Part shown: positions 11,235 to 20,643 of the stretch, one piece after another
Layout: each line of letters opens with the position of its first letter
How positions within the stretch are numbered: the first letter of the stretch is position 1
NCBI GenBank assembly: GCA_049321005.1
Contig: JBMOQL010000009.1
Location: 5,455 to 69,454 of the forward strand
Source of the DNA: Pseudomonadota bacterium
GTDB taxonomy: Bacteria > Pseudomonadota > Gammaproteobacteria > Burkholderiales > Burkholderiaceae_C
Direction of reading: 5' to 3'
DNA length: 64,000 bases
The notes under the pieces: generated by a model
Databases searched by the model: none
The model's input: the letters and a program-made list of their open reading frames with translations, nothing else
What the model was told of the DNA's origin: nothing
Translations under genes and position numbers: made by a program

Positions 11235-12529
11235 GTTTTCGGAGGTATCCGGCGTACAAGGACAGTGGGGTGGAGTGGTTGGGGCCTATCCCGGCTGACT
11301 GGTCCATTAGCCGGTTGAAGAAGACGTTCCGCCTGCTGACGGAGAAAGCCGACAGCAGAGTCAACCCGGTTGCTTTGGAGAACATCGAAGGGTGGTCCGG
11401 GCGATACATCGAATCAAACAGCGAATTTGAGGGGGAGGGCGTCAAGTTTGAAGCCGGAGATATCCTGTTCGGCAAGCTTCGTCCCTACCTTGCAAAGGTA
11501 TTCTTGGCGCCCTACCCGGGAGAGGCGGTGGGTGACTTCCACGTGCTCAGAGCAAGGCCCGGCATGCTGCCGCGGTTTGCTCAATATCTGATGCGCAGCC
11601 GAAGCTTCATCGACATCGTCGATGGATCGACTTTCGGATCCAAGATGCCACGAGCCAGCCGGGATTTCGTCGGCAACATGGCGTTGCCCATTCCATCGGA
11701 CGATGAACAAGTGGACATAGCGGCATTTCTCGACCGAGAAACCGCCAAGATCGACGCGCTGGTGGCCGAGCAAGAACAGCTCATCGCCCTGCTTAAGGAA
11801 AAGCGCCAGGCCATCATCTCCCATGCCGTGACCAAGGGGCTGGACCCGTCGGTGCCGATGAAGGATTCGGGCGTCGAGTGGTTGGGGGAGGTGCCTGCGC
11901 ATTGGGAGGTCACAGCGCTTAAGCGCCACTGGACAGCGACGGACTGCAAGCATTTGACGGCCGAGTTTGTCGATGACGGTATTCCGTTAGCTAGCATTCG
12001 TGAGGTGCAAAGCCGATGGGTAGATCTGGCAGAGGCGAAACAGACTTCAGAGCATTTCTACGAGTTGCTGATCGAGGGAGGGCGTGACCCGCGCCCGGGT
12101 GACCTCATTTTTTCCAGAAATGCAACCGTGGGCGAGGTGGCACAGGTTCGTGTCGACCATCCGCCATTTGCTATGGGTCAGGATGTCGTTCTTCTTCGCA
12201 GGCTGGATCCCGCATCGTCCCCAGACTTCCTTCAGCTGGTGATCCGCTCCACCGTAGTCACAGAGCAGTTGGCCCTGTTCATGGTTGGATCAACGTTCAA
12301 GCGGATCAACGTCGAAGAGATCCGTTCTCTCTTAATTGCCTTCCCACCGACAGATGAGCAGCAAGAAATATCGAACTATCTGATCGCGCGGGCCGGTCAG
12401 TTTGACAAACTCGTTGAAGAAGCCGTTCTATCCATTAAACTACTGCGAGAACGCCGCTCCGCCCTCATCTCCGCCGCCGTCACCGGCCAGATCGACGTGC
12501 GTGCTTGGGCCGAAAGCGAAGCCGCATGA
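11231..12529 (+). CDS. hsdS: Type I restriction-modification system, specificity subunit S
   Basis: Two target-recognition halves are separated by the conserved coiled-coil spacers [29 protein letters not shown] and [30 protein letters not shown]. It is AT-richer than its neighbours. Confidence 0.9.
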   Translation: MSFRRYPAYKDSGVEWLGPIPADWSISRLKKTFRLLTEKADSRVNPVALENIEGWSGRYIESNSEFEGEGVKFEAGDILFGKLRPYLAKVFLAPYPGEAVGDFHVLRARPGMLPRFAQYLMRSRSFIDIVDGSTFGSKMPRASRDFVGNMALPIPSDDEQVDIAAFLDRETAKIDALVAEQEQLIALLKEKRQAIISHAVTKGLDPSVPMKDSGVEWLGEVPAHWEVTALKRHWTATDCKHLTAEFVDDGIPLASIREVQSRWVDLAEAKQTSEHFYELLIEGGRDPRPGDLIFSRNATVGEVAQVRVDHPPFAMGQDVVLLRRLDPASSPDFLQLVIRSTVVTEQLALFMVGSTFKRINVEEIRSLLIAFPPTDEQQEISNYLIARAGQFDKLVEEAVLSIKLLRERRSALISAAVTGQIDVRAWAESEAA

Positions 12530-13386
12530 GCCTTACGCCCAAGACCATCCAGATCTACCTGCCGGGCGGCGACCCGCGCGGCATCCGCGTGGCCGAGGTC
12601 ACCACGCGCATCGTGCAGGTCGTCGAGGTGCCGCGCAGCCTGCTCAGCGCCTTCCTGTCCATGCCGCAGAGCACGCAGGTGGCCGTCTACTTTCTGGTGG
12701 GCGAGTCTGACGACGGCACCGAGCGCCGCGTCTACGTGGGCCAGAGCGGTGACCTGCCGACCCGGCTGAGGCAGCACAACCAGGCCAAGCCGTTCTGGCA
12801 GCGGGCGCTGGTGCTGGTGTCGCGCACCCACAGCCTCACGCAGACCCATGCGCTGTTCCTGGAGTGGCACAGCCTGCAGGCCATCCGCGCGGCCGGCCGC
12901 TTCCGCGATGAGAACGGCACGGCCGGCTCGCGCCCGCACACGCCGCCGCCGCTGGAGGCCGACTGCCTGGAGATCTTCGACACCGGCCGCACCCTGCTGG
13001 CCACGCTGGGCTTCTCGCTCTTCGACCCGGTGGCCAGCGCCGGTGACGCCGGCCAGGCCGCCGAGGTGTTCGTCTGCGAGGCCTCCGGCGCCAGGGGGCG
13101 CGGCCAGTACACCGAAGAAGGCTTCGTCGTGCTGCAGGGCTCGGTGGGGCGGCTGCGCAGCGTGCCGTCCATCCAGGGCAGCTCGGAAGACACCGTCCGC
13201 CAGCGCCTGCTGGATCAGGGCGTCATGCGCGCCGAGGGCGACACCGTCATCTTCCAGCGCGACCACCTGTTCCGCTCGCCCAGCACCGCCGCCGTCGCCC
13301 TGCTGGGCCGCACCGCCAACGGCTGGATCGAGTGGAAGACCCCGGACGGGCGCACGCTGGACGAGGTGAAGCGGCAGGCGGGCTGA
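12526..13386 (+). CDS. GIY-YIG nuclease-like / DUF4357 domain protein embedded in the Type I R-M operon
   Basis: The start ATG overlaps the hsdS stop (ATGA). VYFLVGES..RRVYVGQSGDLPTRLRQH is GIY-YIG-like. The C-terminal FRSPSTAAVALLGRTANGWIEWK matches the DUF4357 signature. Confidence 0.7.
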   Translation: MSLTPKTIQIYLPGGDPRGIRVAEVTTRIVQVVEVPRSLLSAFLSMPQSTQVAVYFLVGESDDGTERRVYVGQSGDLPTRLRQHNQAKPFWQRALVLVSRTHSLTQTHALFLEWHSLQAIRAAGRFRDENGTAGSRPHTPPPLEADCLEIFDTGRTLLATLGFSLFDPVASAGDAGQAAEVFVCEASGARGRGQYTEEGFVVLQGSVGRLRSVPSIQGSSEDTVRQRLLDQGVMRAEGDTVIFQRDHLFRSPSTAAVALLGRTANGWIEWKTPDGRTLDEVKRQAG

Positions 13387-13407
13387 GCAGGCGGCTGAGC
13401 AGCCGGC

Positions 13408-13466
13408 CTGCCCTGCCCACCTCTGCCCTGCCCTGCCCTGCGCAGGCAACGGGCAACGGGCAACGG
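13408..13466. repeat. short tandem repeats: pentamer CTGCC tract (13408-13442) followed by heptamer GCAACGG x3 (13446-13466)
   Basis: Read directly in the intergenic region between the DUF4357 gene and the AAA ATPase gene. An AT-rich stretch (13495-13535) follows. Confidence 0.8.
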
Positions 13467-13570
13467 CACAATGCCCCGTATCGGCGTGGTTTTGAGCCAG
13501 ATTACAAGTTTTTTTGTAGATCCTGGCAAATAATCGCTTCCGCACGGCCTTTTGCTGCGCGGACAGGACC

Positions 13571-14764
13571 ATGCTGCACCGCTACGCCTTCTCCAACTTC
13601 CAGAGCTTTCGTGAGCGCACCGAGGTGAGCCTGCGGCTCAATGCCAAGGTGCCGCCCATCGGCTGGGAGGCGCGCTCGCCGGGTGGCCATCGGCTGAGCA
13701 CCGCGGCCGCCGTGATCGGTGCCAACGGCTCGGGCAAGACGGCCCTGCTCAAGCCGGTGGTCTTCCTCGCCTGGTTCATGCGGTCGTCCTTCATGGCACC
13801 GGCCGATGCACCCATTCCGCTCACGCCTCACTTCAGCGCGCCGCAGGAGCCGACCGAGATCGAGGCGGAGGCCGAGGACACCCACGGCCAGCTCTGGCGC
13901 TACGTGGTGCGCCTGACGCCGCAGCGGGTGCTGCATGAGGCGCTGTACCGGCAGAAGGTCAAGGGCTTCAGCTACGTCTTCGTACGCGATTGGGACGAGG
14001 CGGCCCAGGCCTACCAGATCAAGCAGCAGGACTTCGGCATGGCGCCGGCCGAGGCGCGCAAGGTGCGGCCCAACGCATCGCTGGTGTCGGCGGCCGCGCA
14101 GTACGGCGTGGCCAAGGCGCTGATGCTCACGCGCATCCATCTGCAGACCAATGTGGCGTCCACCGGCCGCCGGCCGTTCTGGGCGGGCAGCGACCTGCCG
14201 CTGGCCGCCGAGCACTTTGCGCTGAACGAAGCGCAGCAGGCGCAGATGGTGAACCTGCTCACGTCCTGGGACCTGGGCCTGAGCGGCGTGCAGCTGCGCC
14301 AGCTCAAAAGCGAGCTGCCAGGTGAAGACCCCCGCACGGTGTGGTTCCCCTTCGGTGTGCATGCAGACCGCGCGGGCCAGCCGCGTGAGTTGCCGTTCTT
14401 CGAGGAGTCCAGCGGCACGCAGAGCGCGTTTGTGCTGCTGTCGCGCCTGCTGCCCGCGCTGAGCCAGGGTGGCCTGGTGGTGATCGACGAGCTGGAGAAC
14501 GACCTGCACCCGCACATGCTGGAGCCCATCCTGGATCTCTTTGCCCACGAGCAGACCAACCCGCACAAGGCGCAGATCGTCTTCACCTGCCATGCGATGG
14601 AGGTGCTGAACCTGCTGCACAAGTCGCAGGTGATGCTGGTGGAGAAGGACGCCGCCTGCGAAAGCACCGCATGGCGCATGGACAGCGTGCAGGGCATCCG
14701 CAGCGACGACAACTTCTACGCCAAGTACATGGCGGGCGCCTACGGCGCCGTGCCGCAGCTGTGA
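13571..14764 (+). CDS. AAA family ATPase (AAA_15/AAA_21, RloA/OLD-like ABC ATPase)
   Basis: N-terminal FSNFQSFRERTEV, Walker A GANGSGKT and Walker B/D-loop VVIDELENDLHP are present. The stop overlaps the next start (TGATG). Confidence 0.85.
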   Translation: MLHRYAFSNFQSFRERTEVSLRLNAKVPPIGWEARSPGGHRLSTAAAVIGANGSGKTALLKPVVFLAWFMRSSFMAPADAPIPLTPHFSAPQEPTEIEAEAEDTHGQLWRYVVRLTPQRVLHEALYRQKVKGFSYVFVRDWDEAAQAYQIKQQDFGMAPAEARKVRPNASLVSAAAQYGVAKALMLTRIHLQTNVASTGRRPFWAGSDLPLAAEHFALNEAQQAQMVNLLTSWDLGLSGVQLRQLKSELPGEDPRTVWFPFGVHADRAGQPRELPFFEESSGTQSAFVLLSRLLPALSQGGLVVIDELENDLHPHMLEPILDLFAHEQTNPHKAQIVFTCHAMEVLNLLHKSQVMLVEKDAACESTAWRMDSVQGIRSDDNFYAKYMAGAYGAVPQL

Positions 14765-15285
14765 TGGCCCGCCGCTCGGGCGGCCCGACGCTGCGCACGC
14801 AGAAGCGCACGGCGCTGATGGTGGGTGAGGGGCTCGGCGATGAAACCTTCCTGCGGCACCTGAAGCTGCTGTACTTGCTTCGCCGTGACGGCGACATGCG
14901 GATCACCATCAAGAAGGCCAAGGGCAAGGCCGGCGCACACGTACTGGACTTCACGCGGCGCCAATGCAAGATGGCCGACTACGACTGCCGCTTGGCGTTG
15001 TTGGATACCGACACCGATTGGGACGACGCGCAGAGGCGCAACGCCACCCAGTGGGGCATGGAGGTCGTCGAGGCCACGCCCTGCCTGGAGGCCCTGTTGC
15101 TGCGTATTGCCGACATCAAGCCAGCCGCCACGTCGGCCGGGTGCAAGAAGGCCTTCACCAAGCGGTTCAACGCAGAGGCGCATACGCCCGGCGTGTATCA
15201 CCGCCATTTCCCTCAGGCGCTGCTGGACACCGCCCGGACCCGCGTGCCGGAGCTGGATCAATTGATCCGCTTCCTGCAGCAATGA
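14764..15285 (+). CDS. RloB-like protein (partner of the AAA ATPase)
   Basis: ATG at 14764. RTALMVGEGLGDETFLRHL resembles the RloB N-terminal (ilivcEGekTE.yF) motif. This is the typical ATPase+RloB pairing inside Type I R-M loci. Confidence 0.6.
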   Translation: MARRSGGPTLRTQKRTALMVGEGLGDETFLRHLKLLYLLRRDGDMRITIKKAKGKAGAHVLDFTRRQCKMADYDCRLALLDTDTDWDDAQRRNATQWGMEVVEATPCLEALLLRIADIKPAATSAGCKKAFTKRFNAEAHTPGVYHRHFPQALLDTARTRVPELDQLIRFLQQ

Positions 15286-15306
15286 GGGGCTGCCCCGGGG
15301 CGGCTT

Positions 15307-15380
15307 CTGAAGAAAAAATCGCGTCGGGCGCCGAAACTGAAGAAAAGATCGGGCGGCTGAAGATTTTTTCAGCTGAAGGA
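15307..15380. promoter_or_regulatory. repeat-rich AT-rich region upstream of hsdR (CTGAAG x4; A6/T6 dyad)
   Basis: CTGAAG occurs at 15307, 15337, 15357 and 15373. GAAAAAATC (15312-15320) is complementary to GATTTTTTC (15362-15370). The region lies between the RloB stop and the hsdR RBS (GGAGGGAGG). Confidence 0.4.
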
Positions 15381-15407
15381 CGCGCCAGCAGCTGGAGGGA
15401 GGCCGCC

Positions 15408-18400
15408 TTGGCACTGCACACGGAAATCGAATTCGAGAACGACATCTGCCGCCACCTGGCCGAGCACGGCTGGCTGCATGCACCCGGCGATGCTCAGGCC
15501 TACGACACGCCTCGCGCGCTGTTCCCGGCGGATGTGACGGCCTGGGTGCAGGCCAGCCAGCCGCAGGCCTGGGCCGCACTGAGCCAGGCGCATGGCGCGC
15601 ATGCCGAAGCCCTGCTGCTGGAGCGGCTGCGCAAGCAGCTGGATGACCGCGGCACGCTGGACGTGCTGCGCGTGGGCGTTGAGATGCTGGGCTTGAAGGC
15701 GCCGCTGAAGATGGCGCAGTTCAAGCCCGCGCTGGCCATGAACCCCGAGCTGCAGGCGCGCTATGCCGCCAACCGGCTGCGTGTGGTGCGCCAAGTGCGG
15801 ACCAACCATGACGATGTCATCGACCTGGTGCTCTTTCTCAACGGCATCCCGGTGGCCACGGCGGAGCTGAAGTCGGAGTTCACCCAGGGCATCAACGAGG
15901 CGGTGGAGCAGTACCGCTTCGAGCGCCTCCCCAGGCCCAAGGGGCGGGCTGCTGCCGAGCCGCTGCTGGACTTCCCGCGCGGGGCGCTGGTGCACTTCGC
16001 CGTCACCAACCGCACGGTGATGATGACCACCCGGCTGCAGGGCCCGGCCACCCACTTCCTGCCCTTCAACATGGGCGACCACGGCGCGGCCGGCAACCCG
16101 CCCAACAGCCGCGGGCACCGCACGGCGTACCTGTGGGAGCAGGTGTGGCAGCGCGACAGCTGGCTGGAGATCCTCGCCCGCTACCTCGTCACCAAGCGGG
16201 ACGACAAGAAGCGCATCACCAGCGTGCTGTTCCCGCGCTATCACCAGCTCGACGCCACGCGCAAGCTGGTGCAGGCGGTGCTGGCCGAAGGCGTCGGACA
16301 GAAGTACCTGATCCAGCACAGCGCCGGCAGCGGCAAGACCAACTCCATCGCCTGGGCGGCGCACTTCCTCGCCGACCTGCACGATGCCGACAACCGCAAG
16401 CTGTTCAGCACCGTGCTGGTGGTGAGCGACCGCACGGTGCTCGATACCCAGCTGCAGGAGGCCATCTTCGACTTCGAGCGCACCGCGGGCGTGGTGGCCA
16501 CCATCCGCGGCGAAAGCCAGAGCAAGAGCGGTGAGCTTGCCCAGGCGCTGGCCGACGGCAAGAAGATCGTGGTGTGCACGATCCAGACGTTTCCGTTCGC
16601 GCTGCAGGCGGTGCAGGAGCTGGCGGCCACCCAGGGCAAGCGCTTTGCGGTGATCGCCGATGAGGCCCACAGCTCGCAGACCGGTGAAGCCGCCGGCAAG
16701 CTCAAGCAACTGCTGAGCGCCCAGGAGCTGCAGGACCTGGCCGACGGCGGTGAGGTGGCCGCAGAAGACATCCTGGCCGCGCAGATGGCGGCCCGCGCCA
16801 ATGCAGGCCCTGGCGCGACGGGCGGCGCACCGGCCATCACCTACGTCGCCTTCACCGCCACGCCCAAGGCCAAGACGCTGGAGCTCTTCGGCCGCCGGCC
16901 CGACCCCAGTCGGCCCGCCGGGCCCGACAACCTGCCGGCGCCGTTCCACGTCTACTCCATGCGCCAGGCCATCGAGGAGGGCTTCATCCTCGACGTGCTG
17001 CAGAACTACACCTCGTACAAGCTGGCCTTCAGGCTGGCCCACAACGGCCGCGAGTGGGACGACCAGGAGGTCGAGCGCAGCGAGGCCCTGAAGGGCCTGA
17101 TGCGCTGGGTGCGCCTGCACCCGTACAACATCGCGCAGAAGGTCCAGGTGGTGGTGGAGCACTTCCTGGAGAACGTGCAGCCCCTGCTGGGCGGCCATGC
17201 CAAGGCCATGGTGGTCGTCGGCAGCCGCGTGGAGGCCGTGCGCTGGAAGCTGGCCGTGGACGCCTACATCAAGGCCCAGGGCTATGCACTGGGCACGCTG
17301 GTCGCGTACTCCGGCGAGGTGAGCGACCCCGGCTCGTTGCCCGAGGCGGTGAGCGAGAACAGCCCGCTGCTCAACCCCGGCCTGAAGAGCCGCGACATCC
17401 GCGAGGCCTTCGCCACCGACGCCTTCCAGATCCTGCTGGTGGCCAACAAATTCCAGACGGGGTTCGATCAGCCGCTGCTGTGCGGCATGTACGTCGACAA
17501 GAAGCTGGCCGGCATCCAGGCCGTGCAGACCTTGTCCCGCCTGAACCGGGCCTACAACGGCCCGCATGGGCTCAAGGACACCACCTACATCCTCGACTTC
17601 GTCAACGAGCCGCAGGACATCCTGGCCGCCTTCCAGACCTATTACGAAACGGCCGAGCTGGCCGGCGTGACCGACCCTCACCTCATCTTCGATCTGCGCG
17701 CCAAGCTCGACGCCACCGGCCACTACGACGACTTCGAGGTGGACCGCGTGGCGCGGGTGGAGCTCGACCCGCGGGCCACGCAGGCACAACTGGTGGCGGC
17801 CATCGAGCCAGTGGCCGACCGGCTGCTCAAGCGGTTCAAGGCGGCCCGCGCGGCGCTGCAGCCGAGCGCCGGCCAGCCGCCGGCCGGCGCGTCAACCCCG
17901 GCGGAGCAGGCCGCCAAGGACGAGATGGAGGCGCTGCAACTCTTCAAGCGCGACATCGGCACCTTCGTGCGCGTGTATGCCTTCCTGTCGCAGATGTTCG
18001 ACTACGGCAACACGGCCATCGAGAAGCGGGCGATCTTCTTCAAGCGCCTGCTGCCGCTGCTGGACTTCGGCCGCGAGCGCGAGGGGGTGGACCTGTCCAA
18101 GGTGATGCTCACCCATCACCGGCTCAAGGAGCGTGGCACCGCTGCGCTGGTGCTTGGCGAGCCGGGGGCCGACTACAAGCTCCAGCCGATGGAGGCCCCC
18201 GGTAGCGGCCAGATCCAGGACAAGGAAAAGACCCGGCTGTCGGAGATCGTGCAGAAGGTCAACGACCTGTTCGAGGGCGAGCTCACCAACGACGACAAGC
18301 TCATCTACGTCAACGACGTGCTCAAGGGCAAGCTGCTGGAGTCCGACCTGCTGGTGCAGCAGGCGCTGAACAACAGCAAGGAGCGCTTCGCCGATTCCCC

Positions 18401-18590
18401 GGACCTGTCCAGCGAGCTGATGAACGCCATCATCGACGCCTTCGAAGCCCACAGCACCATGAGCCGCCAGGCGCTCGATTCAGAAAAGGTTCGCCAGGGG
18501 CTCAAGCACATCCTGCTGGGCCCGGCCGAGCTGTGGGAGGCACTGCGCAGCCGCGGCACAGCGGCAGGCGGCCGCGCCACGGCGGGCTGA
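15408..18590 (+). CDS. hsdR: Type I restriction enzyme, endonuclease/helicase subunit R
   Basis: A TTG start at 15408 follows GGAGGGAGG. It has a PD-(D/E)xK N-domain (DLVLFLNGIPVATAELKSE), Walker A SAGSGKT and the DEAH box ADEAHSSQ. The upstream extension of ORF 14964..18590 overlaps RloB and is junk. Confidence 0.93.
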   Translation: MALHTEIEFENDICRHLAEHGWLHAPGDAQAYDTPRALFPADVTAWVQASQPQAWAALSQAHGAHAEALLLERLRKQLDDRGTLDVLRVGVEMLGLKAPLKMAQFKPALAMNPELQARYAANRLRVVRQVRTNHDDVIDLVLFLNGIPVATAELKSEFTQGINEAVEQYRFERLPRPKGRAAAEPLLDFPRGALVHFAVTNRTVMMTTRLQGPATHFLPFNMGDHGAAGNPPNSRGHRTAYLWEQVWQRDSWLEILARYLVTKRDDKKRITSVLFPRYHQLDATRKLVQAVLAEGVGQKYLIQHSAGSGKTNSIAWAAHFLADLHDADNRKLFSTVLVVSDRTVLDTQLQEAIFDFERTAGVVATIRGESQSKSGELAQALADGKKIVVCTIQTFPFALQAVQELAATQGKRFAVIADEAHSSQTGEAAGKLKQLLSAQELQDLADGGEVAAEDILAAQMAARANAGPGATGGAPAITYVAFTATPKAKTLELFGRRPDPSRPAGPDNLPAPFHVYSMRQAIEEGFILDVLQNYTSYKLAFRLAHNGREWDDQEVERSEALKGLMRWVRLHPYNIAQKVQVVVEHFLENVQPLLGGHAKAMVVVGSRVEAVRWKLAVDAYIKAQGYALGTLVAYSGEVSDPGSLPEAVSENSPLLNPGLKSRDIREAFATDAFQILLVANKFQTGFDQPLLCGMYVDKKLAGIQAVQTLSRLNRAYNGPHGLKDTTYILDFVNEPQDILAAFQTYYETAELAGVTDPHLIFDLRAKLDATGHYDDFEVDRVARVELDPRATQAQLVAAIEPVADRLLKRFKAARAALQPSAGQPPAGASTPAEQAAKDEMEALQLFKRDIGTFVRVYAFLSQMFDYGNTAIEKRAIFFKRLLPLLDFGREREGVDLSKVMLTHHRLKERGTAALVLGEPGADYKLQPMEAPGSGQIQDKEKTRLSEIVQKVNDLFEGELTNDDKLIYVNDVLKGKLLESDLLVQQALNNSKERFADSPDLSSELMNAIIDAFEAHSTMSRQALDSEKVRQGLKHILLGPAELWEALRSRGTAAGGRATAG

Positions 18591-20290
18591 CGAGCGCTAT
18601 CGGGCGGGTGGCCCCCATCGCGTCCCGCGCGGGCCACGCGATGCCCGCTGCGCCCACGCCTGGGGGCGGTGACGGCACGCGGCCCGCCGCTACGCGCTCG
18701 TCCGCGCCTCACCCGCGGTCTCACCCCCGCCTGATGCGCCCGCTTCAGCGCGGCGACGGCTGCTTCGTGCTGGTGCAGCTCGCCGTCCAGCAGCTCGGCC
18801 ATGCCGCGCCGCACGCCGGCGCGCAGCAGGCGGGGGCCGTGCTCGCCCAGCTCGTCGATGGAGCGCAGCTGTGCGAAGGCCTGCAGCGCGCCGCCCAGGG
18901 CGGCCTGCGCCATCTGGCGCGGTGGGATGGGCCAGTCGGCCTGGGGGCCCGGGTCCGGCCAGGGCAGGCGCGGGATCGGGATCACTTCATAGATGGGCGG
19001 CAGCGTGAACTCGATGACGCGGCAAGGCGGGAACAGCCGCACCGCGCGCTCCCAGGCATAGGCGCCCAGCGTCAGCGCCGAGCCGGTGTGCGTGTCCATC
19101 ACCTCGCGCACCAGGTGCGACATCGCCAGGCTGGCCACCATCGCCTCGAAGCGAGCAGACCGCCCCACGCCCGGCGACAGCCAGTGGGCGATGTTGCGGT
19201 AGTACTGGTCGATCTGCGCCAGCACCCGCTGGCCGTTGGCCGATGCGGTGAAGCCCTGCCGCCACAGCGGCGCGCGGGGATCGCTGAAGCCGGGGCGATT
19301 GGCCGCGTTGTCGCCGATCAGGTTGATGTCGAAGAAGTGGTGCCAGGTGGAGTGCACCACCACGCGGCCGACGCCGGCGCGGTGGCCGTCATAGGCGCCG
19401 ATGGTCCCGCTCCAGCGCGCATTCGACGGCTGGTCGTCACCGGTGTGGATGCCGTGCATCACTTCGGGGTCGGCCCGGCCGGTCGTCCAGCCCCAGGCCA
19501 CCACCTCCGGCGCGACACGCTGGCCGTCGGCGCCGGGCGGGTATTCATCGAACGTCATGCCGCCCAGCGTCATCTGCGCATCGAGCTTGTCCGGCACCCG
19601 CACCTCGCCCTCGTGCATGTGGTCCGGAAACTCGGTGATCGCGCCGGCGCTGCTGCACAGCAGCGGGTGCGGATACGTCTCGCGGTACCAGGTGTGACGC
19701 GCCCATTCGTACCACTTCAGGCGCAGCTTCTGCGGGATGTCGTCGGACTGGTTCTCGAACACCACCACGTCGTGCGCATCGGGCTGCGTGGTGTCGACCC
19801 GCGTGGGGCCCAGCGCCGGCGGCGGGCTGCTCCAGGCGCGCATGGAGCGCACCCGCGGCAGCTGCCCGGCCAGGGCGGAGCCCAGCCCGGCATGGTCACC
19901 CGTGGCGAACACGCCGCCGCCCTGGTTCATGAACCGGGCGATCGCGGCGCACTCGTGATCCGGCAGCACGCCGGTGTCATAGCCCAGCAGCCAGATCTGG
20001 TCGTAGGCGCTCAGGTCATGGGCGCTGAAGTCGAAATGCTGCAGCACCCCCGGCGCCCCCAGCGGATCCGTGCCGCGATGCGCCTTGGTGACCCGGCCGA
20101 TCTCCTGCAGCACGCCCATCAGATGGCTCATGCCGAAGTAGTCTTCGTTCAGATTGCGCGGATCGTGCTCAGGCCCGCAGGACACGATGGTGTCCGTGAC
20201 CACCAGGATGTCCAGCACCAGCCAGCGGCCGATCAGGTCCGACAGCCGCACACGCCGCTCGGGATCGAGCATCTCCTTCCAGATCGTCAT
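18305..20290 (-). CDS. hypothetical protein with GATase1-like/DUF4159-like N-terminal domain; 3' end uncertain
   Basis: ATG at 20290 is preceded by GGAGA. YDQIWLLGYDTGVLPDHECAAIARFMNQGGGVFATGDHAGLG resembles the class-I glutamine-amidotransferase-like fold. The last ~135 codons are Arg/Pro-rich and antisense to hsdR. A G5 run (18724-18728) would give a stop at 18721 if one base shorter. Confidence 0.6.
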   Translation of the reverse strand: MTIWKEMLDPERRVRLSDLIGRWLVLDILVVTDTIVSCGPEHDPRNLNEDYFGMSHLMGVLQEIGRVTKAHRGTDPLGAPGVLQHFDFSAHDLSAYDQIWLLGYDTGVLPDHECAAIARFMNQGGGVFATGDHAGLGSALAGQLPRVRSMRAWSSPPPALGPTRVDTTQPDAHDVVVFENQSDDIPQKLRLKWYEWARHTWYRETYPHPLLCSSAGAITEFPDHMHEGEVRVPDKLDAQMTLGGMTFDEYPPGADGQRVAPEVVAWGWTTGRADPEVMHGIHTGDDQPSNARWSGTIGAYDGHRAGVGRVVVHSTWHHFFDINLIGDNAANRPGFSDPRAPLWRQGFTASANGQRVLAQIDQYYRNIAHWLSPGVGRSARFEAMVASLAMSHLVREVMDTHTGSALTLGAYAWERAVRLFPPCRVIEFTLPPIYEVIPIPRLPWPDPGPQADWPIPPRQMAQAALGGALQAFAQLRSIDELGEHGPRLLRAGVRRGMAELLDGELHQHEAAVAALKRAHQAGVRPRVRRGRARSGGPRAVTAPRRGRSGHRVARAGRDGGHPPDSARQPAVARPPAAVPRLRSASHSSAGPSRMCLSPWRTFSESSAWRLMVLWASKASMMAFISSLDRSGESAKRSLLLFSACCTSRSDSSSLPLSTSLT

Positions 20291-20456
20291 CGCCGTCTCC
20301 AAGGCTGCCGGCATCACGGACCCACAGGGCGCAGGTCTCGGGCCGGTGCGCGAGGAGTGTCGTCACGGGGGCGGGGCGGCTATATCCCTAGGGAAGAGCA
20401 GTGCGACTTGAAGCTAGGGGTTGAGTGACCAGGCGGCCTGTGCGCGAGCAGTGAGA

Positions 20457-20643
20457 CATTCGCTGCGTCGCCATGCAGGGATGGCGATTCCAAGTCACCG
20501 CCTTTTGAGCCTCGAGCAGGCGGAACCACTGGCAGTAGCCACCTGGTGCGGCAGCTGTGAGCAAACCCCATTCCGCGCGGGCCACGGTCGAAGGCCCGCT
20601 TGAGTGCCAATAGTCCATCGCATTCGCTGCGTTGCCATTGAGG
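20457..20643. repeat. pair of 23-nt direct repeats (CATTCGCTGCGTYGCCATKSAGG) in a ~700-bp non-coding spacer
   Basis: The copies at 20457-20479 and 20621-20643 differ at 3 of 23 positions. The offset of 164 nt is not a multiple of 3, and no convincing ORF covers them. Confidence 0.6.

Noticed and set aside
14964-15407. N-terminal 148-aa extension of hsdR (ORF 14964..18590).
   Set aside because: It overlaps the RloB-like gene in another frame and has Arg/Gly/Pro-rich composition. A strong RBS plus TTG at 15408 precedes the conserved HsdR N-terminus.
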